From Chiloscyllium plagiosum (lineage: Eukaryota), in NCBI RefSeq assembly GCF_004010195.1, contig NC_057719.1, positions 28,932,556 through 28,996,555 of the forward strand: a stretch of DNA of 64,000 bases, in the 5' to 3' direction. Below the pieces are notes generated by a model. It was not told the origin of the DNA and did not search any database. It was given only the letters and a program-made list of their open reading frames with translations. This document shows positions 49,395-63,062 of the stretch, in pieces. Numbering within the stretch: position 1 is the stretch's first letter; each line of letters starts with the position of its first letter. The translations under genes were made by a program, and so were the position numbers.

Positions 49395-52300
49395 GGGGGA
49401 TCCAAGATGGCGGCATTATGAGTGGTCTGCTGTGCTAGGCTCTCTGCCATACCCATGGGCAAAGTGGACCTTTACCCCACTTTTCAACCGTCCCAAGGAG
49501 AAAAAAGTATTAATTTAAACTTATTGATTATTTTGACCTGAGACACCTTCAGGCTCGGAAGAAGACTGGTAAAGGAAAGGGGCCTAAAGGAAGACAGCAG
49601 ACAGGGCACTCCCCTACTGCATCAGGGGTGCCTGCAGCCAGTACTCAGTCTCCCAAGACGGCCCCTCTGGATCCAGCAGGACAGCAATACCTACTAAACT
49701 CCGAGAGCGGATTCAAGCAACAGTAGAGCCACTTTCTGCCATGTTAAAAAAAACATGAGCAGGAAATGTAGCTCCTGGAACGAAGACTGGAGGCAGTGGA
49801 GGAATGGACTGTGACATCGGAGACCATGGTGGACGTCTAGGGACAAAGGACTCAAACACTGGAAGACCAGGTTTGGGTCCTTCAGGATCGAGTTGATAAT
49901 CTAGAAAATAAAAATAGATGAAAAAACTTATGGATCGTGGGCCTCCCGGAAAGTGAAGAAGGCGAAGACCTTGTTGGCTTCCTGCAAGGATAGCTCCTGA
50001 AGTTCCCGCAGTTAGAGTTGGAGTTTGGCCTGGTAAGTGTGGAGCAGGCCCACTGGATCAGAACATGCAAGTCCAGGCTGGAACAGCGCCCCCGTGTGGT
50101 CCTAGTGCAGCTCCTGTATTATAAAGAAAAATAGTTGATATTGGAAACAGCAAGAAGATTTGGAAAGAACTCACAAGTCTTAATATATAAAGCTTCAAAG
50201 ATAATATTTTTTCAAGATTTTTCAGGAGCCCTGGTCAAGAGGAGAAGAACATTTGATGATGTTAAAAAAGAATTAAGGAACTTAAACACCCAGTACTCCA
50301 TGAGGTACCCGAGCATGTTGCGTGTCGCCCATGGGGGAATAGTATATAACTTTGACTCCACTGAAAAGGCGAAAGACTTTGTGAAATCTCTGAAATGAAG
50401 GACCTGAGTTAGGACGGGGGGGGGTGGAGAGGGCATTATTGTGAACATTGATTGGGGTCTTTTTTCAAATTACCCCCCTTTCTATTTCCTTTTCCCACTT
50501 GCTCTCTTCCCCTTTTTTGTGATTATTGGTTGTACATGTATGGCTTTGTTGTAAATTTGTTAAATTGGAACTATTTTATATATCGGTCGGCTGGGTAATA
50601 TCTAGGATCCTTTTGTTTAATGCTGTGGCTTTGATTTTGCATTTGGGGTGACTATATTTGTGGCTAAGATGTGTGGACGGGTAATGGGTATCCACTGTTT
50701 CAGAATGTAAGTAACAAGTCTTTATTATTTGTGAATTGGCTGGAGCTAGGGCACAGCCTCAGTTAGACGGAGTTAAGAGATGGTAATAGTGATTGGGACA
50801 GGTGCCCCCTTCGGGCAGGGGGGACGATCCTGAGTGAATGGGAGATTATTTGCGTATTTGTTTCAGTTGAATGTCGTGTTTTTTTTGTGTAGTTGTTTCT
50901 ATAGGAATAGTTCTTAGATTTCATAGAGTTAGTCCCTTCGTAACTCTTCACGCCTCAGATAAGCTCCCTCCTCTTGGGAAACCACGGGCTGTTCTAGGTG
51001 ACCATGGCTAGTGATTTGTTCAGGTGGTGCACCTGGAATATAAAAGGGAGTCATTCTCCTGTTAAAAGCAAGAAGGTCTTGTCAAGCCTCAGGAAGGAAA
51101 GGATAGATATTGCCCTGCTGCAAGAGACTCACCTAACTGACAAGGAACATATGAAACTACAGCAGGGGGGTTATGACAAGGCTTTTTTCATCCTTCAGTT
51201 CTAAGAGTAGAGGGGTAGCTATACTGATAAGAAGGAACCTCCTCTTCCAAGTAATGGAGCAGATTAAGAATGATCATGGAAGGTTTACTATTTTGAAAGC
51301 CCTAATACATGGAGAAGAATATGGCACACCCTCTTAAATCCCTAATTGATGCAGTGGCTAAATTAATGAATGTTTGAGCTCATCATATGATTATTGGAGG
51401 AGATTTTAATCGCTTAATAGATCCAGAGATTGACAGGGTACCAAAGGGCCTGGCAGGTACGCCATGCAGTCTAAACAGTTGGTGGACATTTGAGATGAGT
51501 TGGGACTAGTGGATGTGTGGAGATATCTCCACCCTAACGGAAGAGATTTCACATTCTATTCCAACCCACACAAATGTCATATGCAAATTGATATGTTTTT
51601 TGTGTCATTTGATGGACCTGGACAGAATATTTGCACATAAAATAGGGAATATAGCTGTTTCAAATCATGCACCGGTATACTTAGATATTAAAGCCAAGGG
51701 CAGTGGAGCAAATGCATGTCACTGGCACATGGATTCATTTTTGTTAGGGGATAGTAAATTTATTGAATATATTACAAGGGAATTCAGGACCTTTTGGGAT
51801 ATTAATTCAGGTACGGCTAGTAGTCTGGCAATAATTTGGGAGACCACTAAGGCACATTTATGAGGTCTGATTATTTCATATTCGGCGACTAGAAAGAGGC
51901 AGAGGGAGGAGTAGCAGGAGTTGCTGGAGGCCCGATTGAAAGTAGCTGAGAAAATATATTATAACAAACCGTCATTGGTTAAATTTCAGCGGATCACAGC
52001 TCTCCGGGCTGCCCTTGACTCAATATACACAGAAGTGGCTAAAAAAGAGGTCTCCTTTGCCAAACAAAGACTTTTCGAATTTGGAGATAAGCCTGGTAAA
52101 TATCTGGCTTATTTAGCTAGGAGGAAATAAGCCTCCCAATCTATTACCTCTGTTAGGGAGAAGACTGGTAAGATTACCTGTGATTCAAAAAAGATCAATG
52201 TTAGGTTTAGGGAATACTTTGAAGAGCTATATCGGTCGGAGGGGGGCGAACACAGTGCAATGGGAATGCAGTCCTTCTTTGAAAGTCTGGACCTCCCCAA

Positions 52301-54537
52301 TGTGAGTAAGGAGCAGGCTTCCCTTTTGAATGTGCATCTAACACTACAGGAAGTGTAGGAAGCAATAAGACATCTCCAAGGTGGCAAAACGCCAGGGCCA
52401 GATGGATTCCCAACTGAATTTTATAAGGAATTCAAAAACATATTAGTGGAATCACTTCTGGGGATGTACAAATACTCTTATACACAGGATTGTCTGCCGT
52501 CTACTCTTAGGGAAGCTAATATCTCCCTTATTTTAAAGAAAGGGAAGGACCCTGAAGAATATACTTCCTATAGACCCATCTCGCTACTGAACATAGATTT
52601 CAAAATTTTATCGAAGATGTTGGCTCTGAGGTTGGAGAAAGTTTTGCCCCATATTATAAAAGAAGACTAAACAGGTTTTGTTAAGGGCCGCAGTTCCTCT
52701 AACAATATTAGGAGAGTACTGAATATAGGTGTGTCGGCCAAGATTGATTCCAGGGTTGATGGTCTCCTTAGATGCTGCAAAACCCTTTTATCAGACAGAA
52801 TGGCCGTATCTATTTGAGGTTCTAGAGCGTTTTGGTTTGGGGGGATCCTTTGCCAGATGGGCAGCAGTACTGTCTAAGGATCCTAAGACGGAAGTTATTA
52901 CAAATGGTATTAAGTCAAATAATTTTAATATTAGAAGAGGTAGTCAATAGGGGTGTCCTTTATTACCGCTGCTATGTACCTTAGTGATTGAACCATTAGC
53001 CGAAGCTATCAAGAGGGATCCTGAAATAGTAGCGCCAAAGGTGGGAATGGGGGCACCTATGCTGATGATATCTTTTATTCTTGGCCGATCTGGAGAAGTC
53101 TATTCCTCGGCTGACCCAAACAATTAATTCATATGGTAGGTTTTCGGGTTATAGGATCAATTTCACAAAATCGGAAGCTATGCCGGTAGGGGGATTAGTG
53201 GAGATGCCTAACTTGAAGGATAAAATGCAATTCCCATTTAGGTGGTCACCAAAAGGTTTTCTGTATTTGGGAATTTTTATTACCCCTTCCTTCCACCTGC
53301 TGTATAAAGCTAACTTTGTGCAATTACTAGAGAGGATAAAACAGGATTTGCAGCAGTGGGAGGGGTTACCGTTATCATGGTTGGGCCGAATAGCCCTGAT
53401 TAAGATGAATGCCCTTCCCCGACTGCTGTACCCCATGAGAATGCTCCCATTACTGTTATCTAGACAAGTATTACGGAGGATTAATGGTTGACTAGGGTCC
53501 TTTATTTGGTGCCAAAGGTGTCCTCTAATTAAATTCACTAAATTACAACTTTCGCAAGCTGAGGGAGAGATGGATCTTCCAGATTTGAAGAAATATCAAA
53601 TAAGTGCTTTGTTAACATATGTTGGTGACTGGGTACAGGGGAATTCAGAATCAATATGGCTTGATATTGAAGTCTCACAATCGAAATGTCCTCTAATTAA
53701 TTTATTATTTATGGACAAGATGAATTCCATGACCCAGCAATACAATAGTCCAATTATTTTGAATACATAAAGGTGAGGATGATAATGAGGCAAGATCAGA
53801 GCCATTTACTCCGTTGGTAGGAGCCCAAGGATTTAAACCTGTGGCAATGGACTTCGGCTTTAAGACATGGGAGAACAAACAAATTCTATGTTTGGGAGAT
53901 TTGTTCGAGGGAGAGGTCCTGATGTCATTCAGTCAGTTAAGTTAGAAATATGGATTGTCCAATAAGGACTTTTTCCGATACTTCCAGCTCAGGGACTATA
54001 CACAGAGGAAGACCACATTCCTGGCCCAATGTTATAAATCAGATGTGGAGAAAAGGGTACTCTGGTGTACGGGTACTCTTTCACTCAGTACGTTGTGTCA
54101 TTTACAGTGCTCTGGGGGATATGGAAGGACTCTGTAAGACGTGGAACCAAGAGTTAGGAGAGGACATTTCACCGGAGATATGGGAAGATATCTGGGAGAA
54201 TGTAAGGAAAATTTCAGTATGTAACAGAGCACAGGCCTTGCAATTGAAGATCTTATACAGGGCTCATGTGGCACCAGAAAGGCTAGCTAAGTTTAAGAGA
54301 GGAGTGTCACCAGAATGTCCCATATATAAAATTAATACAGGTACTCTCACACATTGTTATTGGTCATGTTGCAAGATCCAAAGATATTGGAGTACTATAG
54401 TAAGGGAGTTAAAGGACATTCTGGGGATTGAAATTAACATGGATTCAGTAATTCTGCTTTTGGGGCTGCCAAATTTGCCCTCTCTGGGGTAACATGGGAA
54501 TTGACTGTGTAATATCCTTGCACATGAGGAAGAACAT
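49395..54537 (+). mobile_element. L1 (LINE-1) element, 5' UTR + ORF1 + most of ORF2, inactivated
   Basis: 5' GGGGGATCCAAGATGGCGGC. ORF1 with KNL.IVGLPESEEG and IFFQDFS..KRR..F...YSMRYP motifs (ends 50398). ORF2 from ATG 51004: TWNIKG, LLQETHL, PGPDG, YRPISLLNID.KI, YADD at 53058-53069, C-terminal CPIYK..THCYWSC. Confidence 0.92.
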
Positions 54538-54552
54538 GGGACAGAATATTTG

Positions 54553-55019
54553 CACATCCTCCTCTGTAATATGGACATTTTGCAAGATGTCACCATCTAT
54601 TTCCCTACAGTCTATATCTTCCATATCCTTTTCCACAGTAAATACTGATGCAAAATACTCATTTAGTATCTGCCCCATTTTTTTGCGGCTCCACACAAAG
54701 GCCGCCTTGCTGATCTTTGAGGGGCCCTATTCTCTCCCTAGTTACCCTTTTGTCCTTAATGTATTTGTAAAGACTCTTTGGATTCTCCTTAATTCTATTT
54801 GCCAAAGCTATCTCATGTCCCCTTTTTGCCCTCCTGATTTCCCTCTTAAGTACTCCTAATTCCTTTATACTCTAAGGATTCACTGGTTCTATCCTGTCAA
54901 TACCTTACATATGCTTCCTTCTTTTTCTTAACAAAACCCTCCATTTCTGTAGTCATCTAGCACTCTCTATACCTACCAGCTTTCCCTTTCACCCTGACAG
55001 GAATATACTTTCTCTGGAT
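54553..55019 (-). mobile_element. CR1 ORF2 internal fragment (runs into the gap)
   Basis: ILNEYFASVFTVEKD and IPVRVKGKAG motifs; same family as 55333-57310. Confidence 0.88.
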
Positions 55020-55332
55020 NNNNNNNNNNNNNNNNNNNNNNNNNNNNNNNNNNNNNNNNNNNNNNNNNNNNNNNNNNNNNNNNNNNNNNNNNNNNNNNNN
55101 NNNNNNNNNNNNNNNNNNNNNNNNNNNNNNNNNNNNNNNNNNNNNNNNNNNNNNNNNNNNNNNNNNNNNNNNNNNNNNNNNNNNNNNNNNNNNNNNNNNN
55201 NNNNNNNNNNNNNNNNNNNNNNNNNNNNNNNNNNNNNNNNNNNNNNNNNNNNNNNNNNNNNNNNNNNNNNNNNNNNNNNNNNNNNNNNNNNNNNNNNNNN
55301 NNNNNNNNNNNNNNNNNNNNNNNNNNNNNNNN
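55020..55332. other. Assembly gap (313 N)
   Basis: Run of N bases. Confidence 0.99.
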
Positions 55333-57310
55333 CCCATATCCCTCCAAACCCTTCCTATTCATATACCCATCCAGATGCCTTTTAAATGTTGTAATTGTAC
55401 CAGCCTCCACCACTCCTTCTGGCAGCTCACTCCATACACGTACCACCCTCTGAATGAAAAAGTTGCCCCTTAGGTCTCTTTTATATCTTTCCACTCTCAC
55501 CCTAAACCTATGCCCTCTAGTTCTGGACTTCCCCACCCGAGGGAAAAGACTTTGCCTATTTACCCTATTCATGCCCCTCATAATTTTGTAAACCTCTATA
55601 AGGTCACCCGTCAGCCTCCAACGCATAGGGAAAACAGCCCCAGCCTATTCAGCTTCTCCCAGTAGCTCAAATCCTCCAACCCTGGCAACATCCTTGTAAA
55701 TCTTTTCTGAACCCTTTCAAGTTTCACAACATCTTTCCGATAAGAAGGAAACCAGAACTGCATGAAATATTCCAACAGTGGCCTAACCAATGTCCTGTAC
55801 AGCTGCAATGTGACCTTCCAACACCTGTACTCAATACTCTGACCAATAAAGGAAAGCATACCAAATGCCTTCTTTACTATCCTATCTACCTGCGACTCCA
55901 CTTTCAAGGAGCTTTGAACCCGCACTCCAAGGTCTCCTTGTTCAGCAACACTCCCGAGGACCTTACCATTAAGTGTATAAGTCCTGCTAAGATTTGCTTT
56001 CCCAAAATTCAGCACCTCACATTTATCTGAATTAAGCTTCATCTGCCTCTTCTCAGCCCATTGGCCCATTTGATCAAGATCCTAAGGTAACCTTTTCGCT
56101 GTCCACTACACCTCCAATTTTGGTGTCATCTGCAAACTTACTAACTATACCTCTTATGCTCGCATCCAAATCATTTATGTAAATGACAAAAAGTAGAGGA
56201 CCCAGCACCGATCCTTGTGGCACTCGACTGGTCACAGGCCTCCAGTCTGAAAAACAACCCTCCACCACCACCCTCTGTCTTCTACCTTTGAGCCAGTTCT
56301 GTATCCACATGGCTAGTTCTCCATGTATTCCATGAGATCTAACCTTGCTAACCAGTCTCCCACGGGGAACCTTGTTCAATGCCTTACTGAAGTCCATATA
56401 GATCATATCTACCACTCTGCCCTCATCAATCCTCTTTGTCACTTCTTCAAAAAACTCAATCAAGTTTGTGAGAGATGATTTCCCACAAAACCATGTTGAC
56501 TATCCTTAATCAGTCCTTGCCTTTCCAAATACATGTACATCCTGTCCCTCAGGATTCCCTTCAACAACTTGCCCACCACCGACGTCAGCCTCACTGGTGT
56601 ATAGTTCCCTGGCTTGTCCTTACCACCCTTCTTAAACAGTGGCACAACGTTCGCCAACCTCCAGTCTTCCAGCACCTCACCTGTGACTATCGATGATACA
56701 AATATCTCAGCAAGAAGCCCAACAATCACTTCTCTAGCTTTCCACAGAGTTCTCGGGTATACCTGATCAGGTCCTGGGGATTTATCCACTTTTAACCGTT
56801 TCCAGACAACCCAGCATACCCTCCTCTGTAATATGGACATTTTGCAAGATGTCACCATCTATTTCCCTACAGTCTATATCTTCCATATCCTCTTCCACAG
56901 TAAATACTGATCCAAAATATTTGTTTAGTATCTGCCCCATCTCCTGTGGCTCCACACAAAGGCTGCCTTGCTGATCTTTGAGGGGCCCTATTCTCTCCCT
57001 AGTTACCCTTTTGTTCTTAATGTATTTGTAAAAACCCTTTGGATGCTTCTTAATTCTATTTGCCAAAGCTATCTCATGTCCCCTTTCTGGCCTCCTGATT
57101 TCCCTCTTAAGTCTACTCCTACTACCTTTATACTCTTCTAAGGATTCACTCGATTTATCCTGTCTATTCCTGACATATGCTTCCTTCTTTTTCTTTACCA
57201 AACCCTCAATTTCTTCAGTCATCGAGCATTCCCTATTTCTACCAGCCTTCCCTTTCACCCTGACAGGAATATATTTTCTCTAGATACTTGTTATCTCATT
57301 TCTGAAGGCG
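55333..57310 (-). mobile_element. 5'-truncated CR1 LINE (RT to near 3' end)
   Basis: [47 protein letters not shown] and FFIQRVVRVW motifs. Confidence 0.93.
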
Positions 57311-57459
57311 TCCATATAAGACAGACCCGCTGTACCTGGTTGTGGCGACGATGCGGGGAATAAAAAGCTGAAGCATATTCTAGCAGACTCGCCTCTTGGT
57401 CGTTTGTTCTGTGTCAGACTACTCTCCTACGAACCTGACCTTGAGAATTTTTTAAAACA
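57311..57459 (+). mobile_element. Possible LTR 3' fragment (TATA, polyA signal, terminal CA)
   Basis: TATAA 57315-57319, AATAAA 57359-57364, ends ...TTTTTAAAACA; sits between two CR1 pieces. Confidence 0.35.
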
Positions 57460-58445
57460 GTGCCAAAACAGATTCCTGTGGCACACCACTAGTAACCGGA
57501 CTCCAGGCTGAATATTTTCCATCAACCACCACTCGCTGCCTTCTTTCAGAAAGCCAGTTTCTAATCCAAACTGCTAAATCATCCTCAATCCCGTGCCTCA
57601 GCATTTTCTCCAACAACCTACCATGTGGAACCTTATCAAAGGCTTTACTGAAGCCCATGTATACCACATCAACTGCCCTACCCTCATCTAAATGCTTGGT
57701 CACCTTCTCAAAAAATTCAATGAGGTTTGTGAGACATGATCTGCCTTTGACGAAATTATGTTGACTATCTGAAATCAAATTGTTGCTTGCTAGGTGATTA
57801 TAAATCTTATCTTTTATAATCCTTTCCAAAACCTTTCCTACAACAGAAGTAAGGCTCACCGGTCTATAATTACCTGGGTCATCTCTACTGTCCTTCTTGA
57901 ACAAGGGCACAACAATTGCAATCCTCCAGTCCACTGGTACTAAACCTGTAGACAATGACGACTCAAATATCAAAGCCGAGGGCTCTGCTATCTTCTCCCT
58001 AGCTTCCCAGAGAATCCTCGGATAAATCTCACCCAGCCCAGGGGACTTGTCCACTTTCACTCCTTCTAGAATTGATAACACCTGTTCGTAACTAACCTTG
58101 ATCCTTTCTAATCGAATATCTCATCCCACATTCTTCTCCTCAACAATATTCTCCTTTTCCTGAGTGAAAACTGATGAGAAATGTTCGTTAAGCACCTCTC
58201 TGATCTCCATAGGGTCCACACTCAACTTCCCACTTTTGTCTTTGACTGGCTCTAATCATCCTTTTATTCCTCACATACCTATAGAAAGCTTTAGGGCTCT
58301 CCTTTATTCTATTTTCTAAAGACTGCTCGTGTCCTCTCTTTGCTCTTCTTAACTCTCTCTTTAAATCCTTCCTGTAACTCGCCATCGCCTCATCTGAACC
58401 ATCATACCTCATCCATACATAAGCCTCCTTCTGCTTTATAACAAG
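57460..58445 (-). mobile_element. CR1 ORF2 fragment (different subfamily)
   Basis: [40 protein letters not shown] and SGVPQ motifs. Confidence 0.9.
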
Positions 58446-59925
58446 AGAAAAGAAATAAGAAATTAGGATGACTTAACTCTGTTGACTTAATGCAGGCAGT
58501 GAGCCCCGGAGCTGTGCGAGTGGAGTGAGTCCTGGGCAGGAGAGGCAGTCCTGGAAGTTACCTGAGAGCAGCTGAGTGCTGATATGGAGGAAACTGAACA
58601 CTTGGAGTGCAACAGGGATGGCTGTTGGGCTGGGGGTCTGGTGTGGGCGGTTAGACAACATGCAGAGGCCTTGTGCTGAGCTGCTACAATATAATGTTTA
58701 TTTGAATTTTTTTTACCTGACTCTAATGTCAATCCTGTAACAATGTCTTATTTCTAACTTAAACTCTGTGAAGTAATGCAACTACTTCTTATTCCTCTTT
58801 TGTATCCAAGATTTGTACCTAGTTACTTGTACCTAAGATGGCGCCATCAAAGGCAGACGTTGTAAAAGCTTTTCACTGTACTTCTACAATGGAGTACTCA
58901 TGACAGTAAAAGGGTATTCTATTGGACAACTTAACAGAATGATCCATTGTTTAACTACTAAACCGTAACTGTTCGAATATAGTAATATTGCATAAACACC
59001 CCCTAAGCACACCCAAATACAGTAAGATAGATGGGCTCACATAGAATTCTTCAATCCAGCAGGAACAACATCAAGAGAAAACAGAGAGTGAGTAAAAGGA
59101 AGAGATATGCTGCAGCTTTCAAGGCCCTAGCAACAACTGCTACTGAAAAACTAAAATTCCTAGTTCTGTGGAAGCATAACCCCACGTATTCATGCTGCTT
59201 CTATTATTCTGAATTTAGGGGGGAAAACCCATAGTGTCTCACAAGCTGTGTTTACTTTATTAGCTTTGAATAGACAAATTAGTGCATCTGTATCAACCTT
59301 TCTTCATTTAAAAACAAAGGACAAATTACTATCTCTAAAGAAGGAATTTGCAGGGGACAAGGGCGGGAGATGGAGCTGGGTGAGTTCTTACAGAAAGCTT
59401 GCATGGACGTAACGGTGGAATGCCGTCCTTCAGCACTGTTACGATTCTGTGAACATACATTTCTATGAGTAAAGTTCTGTAAGGTGAGTCCGAGGTAATG
59501 TTAACTTACCCTGGTACCTTTATCTCTATAATAACACTTCACTATACATAGAATTATTGAACTACAGTTGAAGAGCTGAATTCATTCAAGCCTTGGTAAT
59601 TTTAGCTATAAATCCCAGGCAACTCAGCCTATTTGTGCTGATTTATTCATACTAAATATTATTTAAATATTTATCATTTGTTATTTGATAGTTTTATCCC
59701 GTTAGAAATGTTTGGCCTCCAGCTTTGGATAGAGCTGATCTTTGTGGTGTTGACTTACTGCATAAAATATGAAATAGAATATTATACCAAAATCTCTTGT
59801 GCTTTGCTGTTTGAGGTATTTACTGATTTCATCCTTACATGTGGTTCATGATAAGTAGCGACTCAGTGACAAAGACAGTGACCTTTAAATGTGAGATGCT
59901 GCATTTTGGAAAGGCAAATCAGGGC

Positions 59926-60531
59926 AGAACATTTTACTAAATTGGACGTCAGAAAAACCACCAGGTCTTATGAGGTGGAGTAAGCTGGTGATGGAGCATC
60001 TCCCCCAAGATTACCTCACAAGTATGGTGCACCACAAAACGGAACAGTTTTATAGGACATGGCAGCCCTTTTTAAATTATATTGAAACTGACTTGTCAGC
60101 AATATTAGTCAGGGCCGTGGTATAGCCATGGGGATCTTTATGTGCATCCGTGGGGCCCCGGGAGGAGGAGATTGGAGCAAAAGAATATGGAAGGAAAAGA
60201 ATATGGGTACTGCAGAGAGTACTCCCAGGGATGGGAGCCTCAGTGGAGGTGTGATGACTAAGACAGAATAAAGTAATAAGACATTATTTAATTTAAGTAA
60301 CTTGAATGTAATTTAAGCTAGTATTTATTCAATATGTTTGTAGTTTAGTTTTAGTTAAGTAGATAGATTTGTTTTGGTAGAATAGTAGGTTGTTTAGTAA
60401 CAATGGTACGATGTTATGGCCTTGTTCTTTGCACTTTTTTTCTGTTTTGATGGGTTTTGTTTCTCTCTTTATATATAAATGTTTTGTAAAAGATTTAAAA
60501 ATGCTTTTCAATAAAAATATTTACAAAAAAA
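59926..60531 (+). mobile_element. L1 3' portion (ORF2 C-terminus, 3' UTR, polyA)
   Basis: NILLNW...FYRTWQPFLNY, typical of fish-type L1 C-termini; T-rich UTR; AATAAAAATATTTACAAAAAAA at 60510-60531. Confidence 0.8.
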
Positions 60532-61514
60532 CCCTCAATTTTTTCCATTAATTCATTCACCTTGTTCCATATACGATGTGCATTCAAGTAAAGAGCCATT
60601 TATTTTACCTTTTACCAGTTTGACCTATTTACTGCTAACTTTCTATGTTTGCACACTGTGTGTTCCTGTCTAACTCTGAGTGTATCATTATTTAAGTAGC
60701 TGCCCTGGAACATTACCACATTCTTTTGTTTTGTAAGCGACCATTTCACTCTCCGAAATCTCCACCACCCCCAATTTACTTAAAGCCTTGTATACAGACC
60801 TAGTTATTCAGTTTGACAAGACACTGGTCCCAACACTGCTCAAGAGAAGCCTGTCCCCCCAGAACAGCTCCCTTGTACCCCATGAACTGAAACCTATCCA
60901 GCTACGTCAATCTTTAAGTCACAAATGTAACTCCTTGAACCTATATCAATTTGCCCAGGTAATAATCTAGAGATTATTCTCTTGGAGATTCTGTTTCCTA
61001 TTTTAGCTCCTAAATGTTCAAATTCTTTCAGCAGAACTTCCTTTCTAGTCCTTTCGATGTTGTTGGTACCAACGTGGACAACAACAACTAGATCCCTCCC
61101 TTTTCACTCCAATTTATTTTCCAAACCTGAGGAGATGTCCCTAACCTGGGAACTGGGAGGCAACACAGCTTCTGGGGTTCCTGCTCATGGCTGTGAATTT
61201 CATATCTATCCCCCAATTACACTGATCTCTATCACAACTACATCCCTATTGTCTCTCTCTAGTTCAATAGCTCCCTGTATCATGGCATTGTAATCAGTTT
61301 GCTCATTCTCTCTAGAAACCTCACTCATATTTTCTCAGCTTGCAAGAACTTTGTAACTATTAGACAATGCAGGGGCCAAAGTTCCTCCAATGTAGCTGCT
61401 TGGGTCCCCATGTCTACCTCACCCGCAGTCACACCCTTCTATGCTGATTATAGAGCAAGGAACTCTGAGCTCCTGATGTCAATAAAGCCTTGGTTCAAAA
61501 ATTGACAAAAAAAT

Positions 61515-63062
61515 CTGAACTCCAGAGAGGGAGGTGAGAGAGACTGCCCTTAACATCAAGAAGTCTTAGTAAGGCTAGTATCCTTTCTTGATAATCAGGG
61601 GAAGAATTCTCCACTGGTTGGAGTCATATCTGGCACAAAGAAAGCTGGTTATGGCTGTTGTATGTCAATTAGCTCAGTCCCATGACATTGCTGCAGGCAT
61701 TCCTCAGGGCCATGTCCTTGGCTTGGCCATCATCAACTACTTCATCAATAATTTGCCTTTCATTATAAAGTCAGAGTGGGGATGTTCACTGATGATTGCA
61801 AATGTTTGGCACAGTTCATGATGTCTCAGATATGGAAGCAGTCTGTGTCCAAACACAGTAAGACTTGTACATCATGAAAGCCTGTGCTGATAAATGTCAT
61901 GTAACATTTGTGCGACACAATTTACAAATGATGGCCATCTCTAACAAGAAAGAATCTAACCAGGTCCAATTGGCAATCAATGGCATTATTATTGCTGAGT
62001 AGCCACTAACAACATTCTGGAGGTTACCATTGACCAGAAACTTAACTGGACCAGCAATATGAATACTGTGGATACAAAAGTGTTCAGAGACTGGAATTCT
62101 GCAGTGACCAACTCATCCCTAACTTCGCAAAACCTATCCTTCATCTATAAAACATGATCCAGGAATTCTCGCCACTGCAAGTTTGTCATGCAGCCTTCTG
62201 CATACCTCTCCCTGCTTTCCTGATATCTTGCCCACTCCAGTGAAATACACTAAATCCAGACCACATCTCAAAGTATTGGGTTACCAACTAGTGAGTACTT
62301 GCACCAAAATGGAGTGGCCACTAGCTCTGAGATAGTATTCCTTCTTCTCAGTTCAGAGGATTAGATTCAGACTGCACTGGATCAGAATGCCCCACTATCA
62401 ACATCCTGGGAGTTATCATTGCTCAGAAACTTAACTGGACTTACCATATAAATCCAGTGACTACAAAAGCCAGAGGCTAGGAATACTGCAGTGAGCAACT
62501 AACCTCCTGAAAGCCTGTCCACTATCTACAAGGCATAAGTCAAGAGTGTGATGGAATACTCCCCACTTGTCTGGATGGGTGCAGCCCCAACAACACTCAA
62601 GCTTGACACCATCCAGGACAAAGTAGCCCACTTGATTGATACTGCATCCACAAACATCAACTCCTCTCACGACAAATGCTCAGTAGCAGCAGTGTGTACT
62701 ATCTACAAGATGCACTGAAGAAATTCACCAAAGATCTTCAAACAGCACCTTCCATATGCACAAACACTTCCATCTAGAAGGACAAGGGTAGCAGATCTAT
62801 GGGACCACCAACATCTTCAAGTTCCCCTCCAAGCTACTCACTATCCTGTCTTGGAAATAGATCGCCGTCCCTTCACTGTCACTGGATCAAAATCCTGGAA
62901 TTCCCTCCCTAATGGCATTGTGGGTCAACCCACAGCAGGTAGACTCCAGCAGTTCAAGAAGGCAGCTCACCACCATCTTCTCAAAGGCAACTAGGGATTG
63001 GCAATAAATGCTGGCCCAGCCAGCAACGCCCACATCCCACTAAAAAAATGAATAAATAAAAA
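61515..63062 (+). mobile_element. Two overlapping fragments (~61515-62165 and ~62370-63062) of a CR1/L2-group LINE
   Basis: WLESYLAQRK and AGIPQG.VLG motifs; the segment ILGV.I.QKLNWT occurs twice; tail GGCAATAAATGCTGGCC...GAATAAATAAAAAA. Confidence 0.75.

Larger units (their letters stand above)
41270..61480 (-). mobile_element. Old host CR1 LINE fragmented by nested insertions (pieces ~41270-41980, 46403-46572, 47188-47440, 48190-48360, 48583-49394, 60532-61480)
   Basis: The pieces are colinear on the minus strand: esterase ORF1 (CCLP, VVVHVGTN at 61060-61170), endonuclease (NKVNELM at ~60560; SDHNMVEF at ~48880), RT (GVSQGSVLGPKLFTIYINDL at 46470-46540) and 3' end (RTRGH, SQRVVILWNSL at 41400-41580). 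Confidence 0.7.

Noticed and set aside
54957..55626. ORFs containing long X runs
   Set aside because: Artefacts of translation through the N gap, flanked by CR1 sequence.
54553..57290. Exact assembly duplication of a CR1 segment on both sides of the gap (54556-55019 vs 56820-57285)
   Set aside because: The copies differ by many substitutions and small indels, so they look like two family members rather than a duplicated contig end; this cannot be fully excluded without reads.
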